Below are positions 28,296-42,461 of a DNA stretch of 64,000 nucleotides, one piece after another; position 1 is the stretch's first letter; every line of letters begins with the position of its first letter. This DNA comes from Eledone cirrhosa (lineage: Eukaryota), in NCBI GenBank assembly GCA_964016885.1, contig OZ024760.1, positions 13,640,001-13,704,000 of the forward strand. The letters run 5' to 3'. Both the position numbers and the translations under genes were made by a program. The notes below the pieces were generated by a model. The model was not told where the DNA came from, did not search any database, and was given only the letters and a program-made list of their open reading frames with translations.

Positions 28296-30954
28296 GTATA
28301 CAAATATAAAATCTAAAGTAGTACATGCTCCTCCCTTATATTTTTCATTCTTTTGTTTCAGTACATTAGACTGTGGCCAAGCTGGAGCACCGCTACCTTT
28401 GTAGTGGTTTGTCCTAGAGCCATTTTCTGGATTTCATTTACATATACTTCTGTTTGTCTTCTTTTTTCTCCATACATGTCTGTGTGTCTTTTTTTTAATA
28501 TTATTTTTTGCCTTTTTATTTAAATTTCTTTTAATTTTTAATTTTATTTATTTATTTATCTCCTGTTATTATTGTTCTGTGAAATGTGTCTTGCTATTGT
28601 TGTCATCATATAATCGGGCAAGAAAACAATAAACATCTTCCAGAAAACTCCACAGAAGTATTATATGTATATATATACATATCTATGTTTATATATATAT
28701 ATATATAACCTAAACTGCATCATAGACAATAGCTTTAGGGATGAAACACAGGAAATATAAAAATAATAATAATGATAATCAATACATACGGCATATGGTT
28801 TTTATGTTTGAGCTATATCTGAAACAATTGATGTTTGTGAATGTTCTCGGTTGTATTGAAGTCCAGTGTATTCAATATACGCTGTGTTGTGTCAGTAGGG
28901 TTACTCCATTGATTAAATAGTAAAGAACTGATTCACCTCATCGAGGTGAATTCTTTCAGGAAACTATAGCATCTATGAGACAATGACGGTGTCTCTATCT
29001 GGTTTCCTTGACCTGCTAGAAATAGCAGACTATCCAATCCAGTCCAGAGCTTATAAAATTATAACATGGATATTTTAGTCTAATTCTGCACACTTTGAAG
29101 TGGACAGTTTAAACAGTTAGCAAAGTCCCAGAACCAATCTTACGTGGATTCATATCAAAAATATTAAATCCTCCTTTTTTCGATAAATTGAATTTCCTAA
29201 AAAAGAAATTTTTTAATGATGAAAAATAACAATAATAATGGTTTCTACTTTAGGTACAAGCTCAACAATTTTGGGGGAGGGGAAAATCGATTAAATCAAC
29301 CCCAGCACATGTCCGGTACTTTATTTTATCGACCTTGTAAGGATGAAAGGCAAAGCTAACCATGGTGGGATTTGAACTCAGAACATAAAGGGATGTAATA
29401 ATAATAATAATATCTATCATTACAGGAGATAAAAAAAAGTTGTTGGCATATGTATTGTCTTTGGAATTAGTGAAACTATTGAAGACTGGAATAATGTAAA
29501 TAAGTTGCTATGAATTATAATAGGTTGAGTCTAAAAATAATATTGTGGTTTTCTAGTTGGTCATTTAGCACTGTCAGAATTGCCAATCGATTGGACTCTC
29601 ACCACTGCCGCTTCCACCATGCTTTCTTTCTTTCTTTCTCTTTGTTTTACTTTCTTTTTCTTTCATTGTTTTCTTTCTTTTCTTACTTCCTTCCTTTCCT
29701 ATCTCTCTGCCAAGTAACTCGTTGCCATTGCAGTTGATTCTGCAGTCTGCTCTCTTCTGTACTCTTCCGTTCTCTTCCTGTTTTATAATCTAAAATAAAC
29801 CTTCAAAAGTTCCCTCCCCCTCTCCGCCACTAATCATATCTGACAACAGAGGGATGGGAGGTGGGTGATTTATCAAACAGTTTTTGCCTGAATATTGCTA
29901 TTATTATTATTAAAGAGTGGAGGATAGGCAGTAATCAGTAGAGCATCGAACAACATACTTTGCGGCATATAGTTAGGGTCCTTTACATTCTGTGTGCGTA
30001 TATATACATATATATATATATATACACACTGTTGTTCTACTTGTTTGTTCATAGAATAAAACACACAAAAATATATTCACCGACATAAACATTATTATTA
30101 TTATTATGTTAAATATCAATTCATATTTAGGTGACAAATACTTTTACTGTCTTTTGTATTTGTTGACAATGATCTGATTGTTGTTGATTTGAAACCCCAC
30201 CATTGAGAAGACCTATATTTCTAATCAAATTCCATACACTGTTGAAAATAGTTTATCTTGGACTACACTGTTGAATGTGACCTTGTTTTCTGTATGTAGA
30301 ATTTCTGGTGTTTTTCTCATTATTAGTCCTATTGTTACCTTATTTCTCATAATGGTCTCTGATTTAGGTACAAGGCCAGCAATTTGAAAGGAAAGGGAAA
30401 GTCGATTAAATCAATTCCAGTGTATTACTGGTACTTTATTTTATTGACCCCCCCCGACAAAGCATATTGTCCAACACTCTACCGATACTGCCAATCCACC
30501 ACCATTGGCCATATTTCTAATGATAAAAAACAAACCCAAAACACTAATTTTCAAATAATTTTGAAAATAACCAAGACTTTGGAGAGATTTAGTAATATAA
30601 TTAATTTTCTCATTACTAACCCTTTTTTTCCCCAATTTGCACCAAACCAGCTCTCATTTTATAAAACAAAACCACCCATTTTAAAAGATTCCTATTTAAA
30701 TTAAAATCTTCCAACATAATTTTATATAAGAACCATATGGTAAGTTACTATTTTAGTAATGAAATAATTAAAAATTCTTCATTTATTAATTGAAATAGGA
30801 TGTATTTCATTAGAAATACAGTAATGAAAGAGTTAGCCTAGTATTTGGAACAGAAGTTCCATAAATAACACAGTTTTGTACAGCAGACCAAGGACCAGTT
30901 TCAGGTGACTTAGTATAAAAAGTGTTAGATCCCCAGGTCAACCACCTTTGAACA

Positions 30955-31165
30955 CATCCATGTACGTACATACACATGCATACGCGAAAACACCCGCCAT
31001 GGGTATACAAATACAGGCACGTACACAAAAACACGCGCACACATACAAAAACCCACGCAACGTATGTGTGCGGATACAGGCGTTGCGTGGGTTTTTATAT
31101 GTGTGCGCGTTTTTGTGTACGTGCCTGTGCGGGTGTTTTTGTGTATGTACGTATATGGATGCGTA
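30955..31165. repeat. CpG-rich imperfect palindrome (foldback/MITE-like)
   Basis: acaggcacgtacacaaaaacacgcgcacacatacaaaaacccacgcaacg pairs with cgttgcgtgggtttttatatgtgtgcgcgtttttgtgtacgtgcctgt. Confidence 0.8.
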
Positions 31166-31249
31166 CATGTATATATTTAATTATTGTTGATTTCAATAAC
31201 CTCTGTAATTTATTTACATTATTCTTAACTCTGAAGCCGTGTGGTTTCC

Positions 31250-31767
31250 TAAATAGAATTTTAGTCTACGACTTCAGTTATACCATAAACGTGTTTTTAT
31301 CTTTGCGTGTAATTGTTGTCGTCGCTCCACATAATGATGTATTATCTTCGTTTTTTCCGTTCATTGCTAGAGAACGTCTCCATGAACCACCTAATAGAAT
31401 ATTAGTCTATGACTTCATTTATACCATAAACGTGGTTTTCTCTATGCGTGTAAGTGTTTTCACCGCTCCAAATAATGACGTATTATATTCGTTTTTTCCC
31501 GTTCTTTGCCAGGGAACGTTTCTACGAACCAAAGTATCGTCTTCCTGTCTTCTTTCGGTTGCAACGTTTTTCGAAATATTTACTTTTGCATTCACAGATT
31601 GATTTTTTTAGTTTCAGAAGATCCCGTTAAGGGTGAAAGCAGCGATTCTTTGCTTAAACTTTAATCTGTTATTTTAATAAATATTTGCTCTAGAGTTCTT
31701 ATATATTTGATATATATTTATCCTTATCGAGCCCTCTTTGGATTTTAGTCTTCAAATTTATTATTAT

Positions 31768-31772
<5 letters not shown>
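31250..31772 (+). mobile_element. Non-autonomous Penelope-like element, copy 2
   Basis: Near-identical to 18170-18612, with tandem ~144-bp units, hammerhead-like fold and (TA)n end. Confidence 0.65.
31594..31669 (+). ncRNA. Hammerhead-like three-way junction with variant core (CAGAAGA), copy 2
   Basis: 9-bp + 5-bp stem I with U7 bulge; CAGAAGA 31615-31621; stem II tccc-gttaa-gggt; GAAA 31635-31638; 5-bp stem III; CUU at 31653-31655. Confidence 0.55.
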
Positions 31773-31813
<41 letters not shown>

Positions 31814-32405
31814 CTCACTCTCATTCACTCCCTCCCTCTCTCTAATTCTCTTTCTTCCTCCCACGCTGCTCTAATTTAAACCAGATGTAACCAGAACAAC
31901 ACAAGTAAAAACATTGTTTTGTGGACAACCAACAATGACGCCTCTACATGATTACTTGACCTACAAGAAAGAGTACCCAATTCTCCCTCATATCATACAC
32001 TGTCTCAAAAAAACAACAAATATAGTTCTAGTCATTAGAATGGTGGTTAGACTGCTTTGTGGTATTTCTTCTGGCTTTCTGCTCTCTGAATTCAAATGCC
32101 ACTGAGGTTAACTTTACCTTTCATCATTTCGAATTTGATAAAAAACATACCAGGGGACGAGTCTTCCTCTCTCTCACTCTCTAACTCTCTATCCTTCTCT
32201 GGAATAAATCAGCTGTATTCAGGAGATGGGCCCTGCCAGGTCTAAAACGCCCAAGAAACTCCATAAGGGGTCACTATGGCAGCCCTTTTTACTCCATCAG
32301 GTGTTACCAGTACATACATACATTGTACTCTTATAAAAGAGAATCGGTCATTTATTAGGGAAAAAAAAAAACTAGTATTCTAGTCAGTCTAATAAAAACC
32401 AGTGT

Positions 32406-32479
<74 letters not shown>

Positions 32480-32831
32480 TGACATTTTAATTTGGAAATT
32501 ATTTGACAGCAGTTAGTTTTATTGGCTTAGATTTAGCTTGGAATTGTAGCATAATACTGTAGTATATTGTACCATAGTGTACTCTCCATTCCCTTCCCCC
32601 ACCGCCATCTCCAGTTGGTGAATTGGCAGAGTTGTGAGAAAACAGGCTGACACACTATATATATACACACACACACCACATGTATATCACCATCATCATT
32701 TCTCACTTTCTCTCCCTCCCTATCTCACCCTCACTCTCTCTCTCTCCCCTTTATATATATATATATATTCTGTTCTGAGAAGGACCCTGACCAACCTATA
32801 CAAGCATAGAACAACAGTTGTAAAATGATAG

Positions 32832-32877
<46 letters not shown>

Positions 32878-33036
32878 CCTCTCTCTCTCTCTCTCTCTCT
32901 TAAAGTCCATCCTCCCCACCACCATTAATTTTCTCTCTTCTTGCAAGTAAAATTTCAGGTTCCATCATGAAGTTCATTTGTTTTGTTGATCACATTTGGT
33001 GACCTTTCTTGTCCTTCAACTGTTGTTTAATGACTT

Positions 33037-33778
33037 ACCACCTCCACCACCACCTCCTCTACCATTACCTCCTCTACCACCACCTCCATCACCACCTCCA
33101 TCACCACCTCCATCACCACCTCCATCACCACCTCCATCACCACTATCATCACCATCAACAGTAGTACCATCACCAACACCACCACCACTATCCCTACCAT
33201 CAACACTTCTGCCACCAGACACTAACAACATCACCATTGCTGGCACTACCACCACCATCATTGCCATCACCACCACCATTGTTTTCATCACAATTTCAAC
33301 CACCAGCCCTATTATTACCATCCTACCATCGCTGTTTTCATCACCCTCACCATTTCAAATGCCACCATCACTACAACTGTCTCCAATATTTACTCCAACA
33401 CTACCACCACTATCTCTTACATCACCAACAAGAACAAAACCATTATCTCTTACATCACCACCACCACCCCTACCACCACACCACCACTACCATCACCACC
33501 ACCACTACCACCACTACCATCACCACAAAAAAACCCCACCCCCACCACTAACATCACCACCACAACCACCACCACCAAAACCCCCACCACCACTACCACC
33601 AAAACCACCACCACCACCACCACCACCACCACCACTACCATTACCACAAAAAACCCCACCCCCACCACTAACATCACCACCACAACCACCACCACCAAAA
33701 CCCCCACCACCACTACCACCAAAACCACCACCACCACCACCACTACCACCACCACCAGCACCACCACCACCACCACTA
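33037..33778. repeat. (CCA)n-rich low-complexity tract with internal 120-bp duplication
   Basis: Lines 33541 and 33661 are identical; the Pro-rich ORF is a by-product. Confidence 0.9.
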
Positions 33779-34168
33779 TTTTCTGAACTTAAAACTTTAC
33801 ATTATTGCCACATTGGAATTTAATTTCCGAGGAAAAGAAAAATAAACAAAATTAACACAGCTTCCTCACCCTTCCTCTATTCTCTCACTCACTCTCTCAC
33901 TGTCACCAAAACTCTGTCACTGTCACCAGAACTCTGTCATCTCTCATCAGATTTTCACTTCTAGCAGCAAAGACAAAAAAAACATGAAACATAACAACAA
34001 CACCAACAACAACAATAATAGTATTGGTGATGATGGTGATTACTTTTATAAATTTGAAATTCATCTAATTCACCAGATCATTGATTATATTTGCTTCGGT
34101 TCCACCATGACAGACCCCACCCCTTCCTTGGAGCCCCCTTCCCTCAGATCCAATAACATTTGCACTTA

Positions 34169-34417
34169 TATTTCGTTTGTCAATGTTTAGGTTTCTGATA
34201 TTTTCTCGCTGGAATGTTTATCTTTTACTTGTGGAAACCCATGTCTCGTTCCATTGCTGTTTTACTTCTACAGTAAGTCTGGGAGTTAAAAGAGAAAAGG
34301 GCTCCTCTCTCTTTCGTTTCATTACTGATTTACTACTGCAGTAAGTCTGGGAGTTAAAAGAGAAAAGAGGTTTTCTCTTTCATTTCATTGCTAATTTACT
34401 ACTGCAATAAATATGGG
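34169..34417 (-). repeat. Low-copy repeat, inverted partner of 10244-10430
   Basis: See 10244-10430; this copy has one more internal unit. Confidence 0.85.
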
Positions 34418-35659
34418 AGCTTAGTAAAAAACAGGTTTGTTTAATTCAAATGTTTATTTTTATAGTCGATTCACTACTGGTGAGGTCAACTTTGCCTATC
34501 ATCAATTCGAGGTCGATAAAAAAAGTACCAGTCTAGTACTGGGGTTAATTCTTCCTCTATATCTCTTTCTCACTCCCAGCCTTCTCTGGAAAAAATTTGC
34601 CGTATATTAATATCCCCCCGCTCCTCCCCACGACTCCCTCGGGAATTACAGGGCCATGCATGCACAAAAGTGGCTCAAAGACCTTCAGTTTTGTCCCAAA
34701 CCACTTCTTTGATAAACAACTGTTTATAGTCTTTTTTACTGTTAATTATTGTTAATTCTTTCTTTCAGGTTAACCAGGATGTAATTTTAACGAGTAACTA
34801 ACTAAATGTGGACTACCTTTATACCAGACACTTATTAAAGAAAAGGAACAGAAAAATAAGTAAGTAAATATTTGAACTATATGATAGATAATCATGTTGT
34901 TATTGTTGTTGTTTAGCCTCAGGTAAGACCTGAGATCTATTTCCCATGTTTCAGTGGGTTTAACAGGTTGTCACATTCTAAGTTTAGACAGGTCAGGTGA
35001 CCATGACTTGCTCATGTTGTTTTGGGGTTTGGTTTATACAGCTGAACACCCTTCCTAATGCTAACCACTTTACAGCAGGCACACACCATTACATCATACC
35101 TCCATACACGCTACAGCTACACCGTCTTATCATAGCTCTGTATACACACCACATCTCTATATACACCCACACCTCTGTACACACCACACCTCTATATATC
35201 CCCACACTCCTACCACACCTCTGTACACACACACCACATCAGCACTCCACACCTCTATATACACTCCCCTCCCCCCCCCCCCTCCCCCCCCCCCTCCCCC
35301 CCCATCAACTCTACCAAGTTGTGAAGATCTTCAGTTGCCAAAAGGTCAATTTTCTTATGAAATCAGTAAAAGGTCAACCTAATCTTTTGTCCCAAATATT
35401 TGATAAACTATTGCTTAAACTGTGAATCACACTTTACACACACACATTTAACTACACAGACACCTGGTTAAACTGTGAATCACACATTGCACACACACAC
35501 ACACCTGGTTAACTACACATATACACATGCAGTTAACTACATACGTGCACACACAGGTAAAGTTGGCTCAAGCTGGATTTGAACTCATATGAAGAACTGG
35601 AACAAATATTTCAAGATATTTTGTCTGCTGGTCAACTGCCATTTTAACATAACATGTTA

Positions 35660-35763
<104 letters not shown>

Positions 35764-37196
35764 GGTAATTTGTATCATTGATTTACATAATTCTTCAGTT
35801 TGTTAATTAGTCATTTCTGAGTGATTACATTTGATAATTAAAACAACCTAATTAGAAGAGTACAAGTGACCTTGATATTGGCACAAAACCAGTCAACTTT
35901 TAATGGATTGATTAAACTATCGTAAAACCCAATGTGTTGTTGTTTAACCCTAGGCTTGGTCTGTGACCATCTTGTCTTTTGTCTAATGTGTTGGTGTGTG
36001 GCCTAGTGGTTTAGATGTGGGTCTCATGGTTTAGGTGTTGGCTGAGTGGTTTAAGTGTGGGTCTCATGGTTTAGGTGTTGGCTGAGTGGTTTAAGTGTGG
36101 GTCTCATGATCATATGTTTGATGGTTCAATTACTGGTGTATTGGGTTCTTTGCTTTTCATGATAGGATTTGGACCCCTATCATTAAAGCACCCAAGAAAT
36201 CTTATATGAAGCCCATACTAATTTTTTATGGCTTATTCTTACTACTCTAATTTTAATTTGACATTAAATGAAAACAAAATTATTTTAGAGAATCCTCATC
36301 ATTGTTTACTGTTTATTTTCCATTCTTGCATAGGTTAGACAGGCCATCACATTATGAGACCAGTTCAGGTGACCACTTATTGCTCATACAGATCTGTATT
36401 TTGGCTTGGTTTCTATGACTAGATGCCATTCCTAATGTCAACCACCTTATAGCATAGACTGCATGCACCAAAATGACCACTTTACAGAGTGGACTGGGTG
36501 CTTTATTTTTCATGTCACCGACATAGTCAGCAAGTCATTAGAGTGCTTTGTGGCATTCAGTCCAGCTCTCTACACTCTATAGAACTTCAAATCCTGTTGA
36601 AATCTATTTTACCTGCCATCCTTCGAGGTTGATATAAAAAAAAAGTATCAGTCCAGTACTGGGATTAGTTCTTCCTCTCTATCACTTTCTCTCTCTTTCC
36701 TTCTCTTGAAGAAATTAATTGTGTTCAGACCTCGAGAGTGGTGGGCTCTGCCAGGTTTAATATGCCCAAGACAATGTCACTATAGTGCCCCCATGACCTC
36801 ATCAGGAGTTATGGGTCCAGACATACATACATAGAGTTAGGGTTAGATTTTTATTAAATTTTTTTAAGGCCCTTTATCTTGTGGGATCTTAGGATTTTTC
36901 CCATGGAACCCAGGTACTGGTTTGATATATTGTAAAACGAGGAAATAAAAGTAGCAAAGTGAGGCTATAATTCGTTGAAAAACTAGTTCTGTGAAAGTGA
37001 ACTCATATGACTGACTATATATATTGTTATTATGATTCATAGAGAATTTCCACAGGAAAATGACTAATAAATAGCCTGCTACATTTACAGATAGCTCACC
37101 ACACTTATAGATAACTTACACCATTTATCTGGACATTGTCTAACTGAAATATGTTTACAAAATTCCTTTTCTTTTTCATATTTTATTTGAATTTTT

Positions 37197-37401
37197 TTAA
37201 CCCTTTAGCCCTTTAGCATTTAAACTTTTTCTGTTCAAACTGGCTGTAACTGGTTGCTAATATTGATGTTAAGGTATTGTTCTCAAAATAAATATCAAAA
37301 TCTCATAGATTCGATATGATGTAAGAAAATTATGGAAGGTAAAGCCTTTACCGTAAAAATATAATAGTAAATATAGAGTAATGTAAATGCTAAAGGATTA
37401 A
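37197..37401. mobile_element. piggyBac-type (TTAA) MITE
   Basis: TTAA-ccctttag(ccctttag)cattt ... aaatgctaaaggaTTAA terminal inverted repeats around ~200 bp of non-coding DNA. Confidence 0.6.
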
Positions 37402-37799
37402 AAGGGTTTAACAGAAATCTGGGCTGCTAATGTTTGTGAAGATAATTCTGAGAAAGGCTTTTGTTAAAAACAGTATCATCACCATCATCATAGATTTTAT
37501 GCCTGTTAAAGACAAGTGTATCTGGTTCAGAAGAGTTGGAGCATTATGAAGGGCATCTAGCTTAAAATATTGTCTTAAAACATTCTGTATAACCCATGCT
37601 GCCATAGAAAAGTGGAGGTAAAAACAATGATAAGGGTGACATATATAGATATATCTATACACACACAGTACATTCAGTAAAGTTAGTGCTGAGAGGAAGG
37701 AGATCCAGCCCTAGAAAACCTACCATATAAAGGGATCAGAAGTACTCTTCAGTTGTGTTGATAACATGGCAACCTCTCTAGTGCTGGTGCCACATTAAA

Positions 37800-38240
37800 A
37801 TACACTGGGAACACCTCACACTTTTTCACTCAACAATCATCATCCATACACATCACATGTTCTTACCAGTGCAGTCTTCTCTCTTGCACACTACATTTGA
37901 TTCTTCTTATACACAGTGTTTGTTCTGATCCCATCCATATTTTGCTTATCATGCATATTAACATCACACATCTATTGAAGCATGCTTGTTTTATTTCTCT
38001 CCAGCCTCTGCATACCATTTTCATTTACCACCCATGTTTCACTTTCATGCAACACCACACTTCACATGCAGGCATCATACAACCAACTTTTTGTTCATAG
38101 AGAGAAATGTTTTGTAGTCCCCAGAGGAACTTCTCTGAACTTTTTCCATTCTTTTCTTATTCTAGTTACTATACTTTAAAATTAACTTCCTCCACTACAA
38201 ATTCAGTCACCTAGGTAACAGAAGCTATCAACTACTTCTA
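37800..38240 (-). mobile_element. Degenerate RTE LINE fragment
   Basis: Reverse complement aligns by eye to 62985-63420 (tgtgtgcaggagaggcggttgcgttggtatggacatgtgatg region). Confidence 0.7.
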
Positions 38241-38569
38241 TACACACATTTTGAAATAAACATTTATCATGACATATTAATAACATTTTGTTAATGAAGC
38301 TAAATATATAAAATACAAAATGTAGATATAAAAAAAATAATTTGATGGGACAGATGAGTTTGTACGGATTGTTTTTAGATCTGAAATATATTTCACAGCT
38401 AAATATTTGTTGAAATTAATCAGACTTCGCTTAAATTTTATGACACACCTTGAGATTATCGATGACACACTAAAGTGTCATGACTCATAGTTTGGAAATC
38501 TCGACTGCACAGTCATGCAGCTAAGCCACACTTATCTAACTTGGAAGAGAGGGGCATTGCCCATGGCCG

Positions 38570-38845
38570 TAACAGACATCTGTCTGGGGCCAGAGAAATA
38601 TGAAGGAGTAGTGTCCATGACCTTCATAGGGCCTCTAACTGCCTGGGGTCAGAGAGATATGAAGAAAAGGGGTAGTGTTCATGGCCTTCAGAAGACCTCT
38701 AATCATCTGGGGCCAGAGAGATATGAAGGGGTAGTAACCATGACCTTCACAGGGCCTCTAACTATCTGGGGCCAGATAGATATGGTAGGGAGGGGCCATG
38801 TTTGTGGCCATCAGAGGGCCTCTATCTGGGACCAGAGATATTGTG
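38570..38845. repeat. ~62-bp minisatellite x4-5
   Basis: tctggggccagagagatatgaagg...catgaccttcacagggcctcta units. Confidence 0.85.
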
Positions 38846-39478
38846 CCAGAACCAATTCTGTATGAGCAAGACACGGTCACCCAATCTGACTTGTCTCACA
38901 ACAGGACAACTCGTCTAACCCATGCTAATGAGGCGTTGTGTTGATGATGATAGTTATGGTATTTGTATTTTCAAATTTTGTGCTGGTGAATAGTATGTTG
39001 AATTTCTCTCATTCTCACCCTCCCTCTCTCTCTCACTTATCCTCCCGCTCTCTCTCATCCTCTCTCTCCCACTCTCCCTCATCCTCTCTCTCCTACTCTC
39101 CCTCTCTCTCTCACCCTCTCTCTCCCTCCCCATAAGTTGTAAGATTTGCTGTTGAGGTATTGTATGTCGTGCCAAATATTTTAGTGTATGAGAAGTAGTG
39201 TATATGTCTGCCTATATTTTTTGTGTGTGCATATTGTCTGTGTGTTATGTATGACTCTGTGTGTGGTGTATCTGTCTGTTTGTGTGTATGTGTGTTAGTG
39301 TATATGTGTGTATAGTTTACACTGTATTTCAATTAATGATGATCAAAAGTTTAAAAGCTGTTCCACATGCCACCCACCCCTGAAACATTTCAATAGCTGC
39401 CCACCCTCTTTTCCTTTTTAGCATGTCTGTTACAGACAATTCCCATCTCAGTAATATGCAATATAACTATTATTGTAG

Positions 39479-39740
39479 TGGAGGTGCGTGGCCTAGTGGT
39501 AAGGGTGTTGGACTTACGATCATAGTGTCATGGGTTCGATTCCTGGACTGGGTTGTGTGTTGTGTTCTTGAGCAAAACACTTCATTTCACGTTGCTTGGG
39601 TATACTCAGCTGAAAATGAGTAGCAACAATAGCTGGGGGTTTAACCCTAAAATGGACTGGCGTCCTGTCCAGGGGAAGTATTGTACTCTGTCACTTCACT
39701 AGCCTGATGAGCCCCTGGGTTTGAGAAAGAGACTTTAGAC
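39479..39740 (+). mobile_element. tRNA-derived SINE, family B (CORE-like centre)
   Basis: A box TGGCCTAGTGG, B box GGTTCGATTCC, tgtgttcttgagcaaaacactt core; related copies at 60917-61235 and 61325-61470. Confidence 0.85.
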
Positions 39741-40491
39741 TTTTTAACTATTATTACAGTATTGTTGGATGCCTTTCCTAATGACATCCACTTTACATAC
39801 ATACTGGGAGCATTTCATTGTGACTCAGACAATACCACTTTATAGGGTGGACTGAGTGCCTTTTGTCATGGCACCAGCAATACCACTTTACAAAGTGGAC
39901 TTGGTACTTTTTATTGTGGCACAAGAACTACCTTAACACAACACTGGGTGGCTTGGTTTGTCCTTGGTCGGGTTGGGAGAGAGGTGGGATTCTGTAAAAA
40001 TAGAGGGGTGCAGGCTATATGCTGCTTGCCATATCCAGTACAATAATGTTTGTGCATGTTTCCAACAGAAGCTTAGTACGTTCAGCCATCAAAGTTTGGT
40101 AAGGAGTCTTAGAAAAGAGTCTTGGAATTATCTGAAACAATGGAATCTAAAACTTTGGGAATGAAGTCTGTGAACATCTCCTGCCTTCTATGAGCTGCAG
40201 TGAACTAGCAATTAGCCTGATGGATATATCTAAAACCAAAGAGTTGTCATGGTCCCTTGGCTCAATGGTTTAAAGTACCTTGCCAGTATCTGAGAAATGT
40301 GGGGTTTGATTCTTCATAGCAGCTGATGGAAACTTCTTTTTCCATTTTTAAGGGTCTTCACCCTATTTTATAAGCTATTTTATAGCATCTCGGCACATGA
40401 GTACATCATTTATATTGGGTTGTCAAGTATGAAATTTGTAGAAAAAAAACAAAGTTTCATATTTCTCACTACAAATTTCATACTTGATGAC

Positions 40492-40566
<75 letters not shown>

Positions 40567-40689
40567 TAATCTATAATATATATATAAAACACACCATACA
40601 CATATATATATCCACACACGTACATGCAAACACTGACACACACACAGACACGCACATATATATGAGAAATTTAACCTGTTTTTTGCTTT

Positions 40690-41173
40690 CACCCACTCTC
40701 TCCCATACATACACCCCTCTCACTTTATACTCACACACACTCTTTTTCTCTTACACACACACACACACACATACTCTCTCTCATACACACACATACTCTC
40801 TCTCATACACACACATACTCTCTCTCATACACACACACACTCTCTCTCATAAACACACACACTCTCTCTCATACACACACTCTCTCTCTCTACATACACA
40901 CACACCCACTCTCATACACATACACACTCTCTCTCTCTCTACATACACACACTCACTCTCTCATACACATACACACACCCACTCTCCTACATACACACAC
41001 CCACTCTCTCATACACATACACACACTCTCTCTCATACTCACCCACTCTCTCTCATACACACACACACACACACTCTCTCTCATACACACACTCTCACAT
41101 ACACACAATCTCTCTCTCATACACACACACACACTCTCTCCCATACACACACTCGCTCATACACACACACACT

Positions 41174-41262
<89 letters not shown>

Positions 41263-41305
41263 TCTCTCTCTCATACACACACACTCTCTCTCGTTCACAT
41301 ACACG
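40690..41305. repeat. Compound (CA)n/(CT)n microsatellite
   Basis: Direct inspection. Confidence 0.95.
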
Positions 41306-41360
41306 CACATATAATTATTTTTTATGGTCTATTTAATGTTTTCTTTCTGTTTTGTTCCAG

Positions 41361-41401
41361 CTAAAAATGTCAGAGTTCCACAACCATTCGCCATGATGTA
41401 G
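41361..41401 (+). other. Candidate terminal coding exon (x-KNVRVPQPFAMM*)
   Basis: Acceptor ttttctttctgttttgttccAG; phase-1 frame to TAG; no homology evidence. Confidence 0.25.
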
Positions 41402-41588
41402 GACACAGACATTACCACATTGCAACAGATTGGCACTTCTCTACACTGGATGTATAATAATAATAGTAACACATTGTTGATGTGAGGGCCTTTCAGCCTC
41501 TTCCTCTTCCACAGCTGTTCTAGGAGAAATACAGACAGGACACCGAGAGAGAAACACCGGCAGAGAGCAACAAGGATATATATATATC

Positions 41589-41635
<47 letters not shown>

Positions 41636-42129
41636 CGTTTGTTTTGGAAATTCTTGTTAAAGTGAGGAGTGACCAAGCCTCCAGTTTCAGGATGTGTACG
41701 AACTGTTTAGTTTTAGCTGATCCATTGCTACTTCAGTCCTCTCTTCACTCTTCTATCATATACACCAGCTCTCCTGCAGTCCAGAGGGTACTACCTTCCT
41801 ATCCCATTAATCCCTCATCCGCCCCACCTACAGACCCCTCCTCCTCTTCACCACTACCTATAGCAGCAACAACAACAACCACCCTTTGATTAGTCACTCA
41901 GCAATGTAAGTTATAATCTTTCTTTCTTTTGTTTACTAATTGTCTCTTTTCTTTTTCCTTTATTTCTTTTTTTTTTTTTTACATTTAAACCGGATTTTGA
42001 TTGTCATCTTCGTTGTTGTTATTGTTGGTGTTGTTGTTGGTGTTTAACTACAGGTAAGCTCTGATCACTACAGAGCAGATCCTAAGATGAGTGTCATCCA
42101 AACCATGAAATGAACATCGTGTATTTTCT

Positions 42130-42410
42130 TCAGATCTTCACACACACACAAGTTTTCAGGTCTTCAAACACACACACAAGACTTCAGGTCTATAGACACA
42201 CACTTACACAAGACACACACAAGACTTCAGGTCTATAGACACACACTTACACAAGACACACACAAGACTTCAGGTCTATAGACACACACAAGACTTCAGG
42301 TCTATAGACACACACTTACACAAGACACACACAAGACTTCAGGTCTTAAGACACACACAATACACGCATACAAGACTTCAGGTCTACAGACACACACTTA
42401 CACACACACT
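42130..42410. repeat. Minisatellite (caagacttcaggtctatagacacacac...)
   Basis: About 7 units with variable CA spacers. Confidence 0.9.
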
Positions 42411-42461
42411 CTGAGAAGCCAATAATGTCAACCATTTGAAGTAAACACTGACTATTATTAA

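Noticed and set aside
32996-33823. Pro-rich extensin/formin-like ORF
   Set aside because: (CCA)n low-complexity DNA; no non-repetitive domain or clear splice structure.
39479-39560. tRNA gene
   Set aside because: A/B boxes continue into a SINE body, no full cloverleaf, multiple diverged copies.
39704-39735. CTGATGAG as a hammerhead core
   Set aside because: No correctly placed GAAA/stem III/stem I; lies in a SINE tail.
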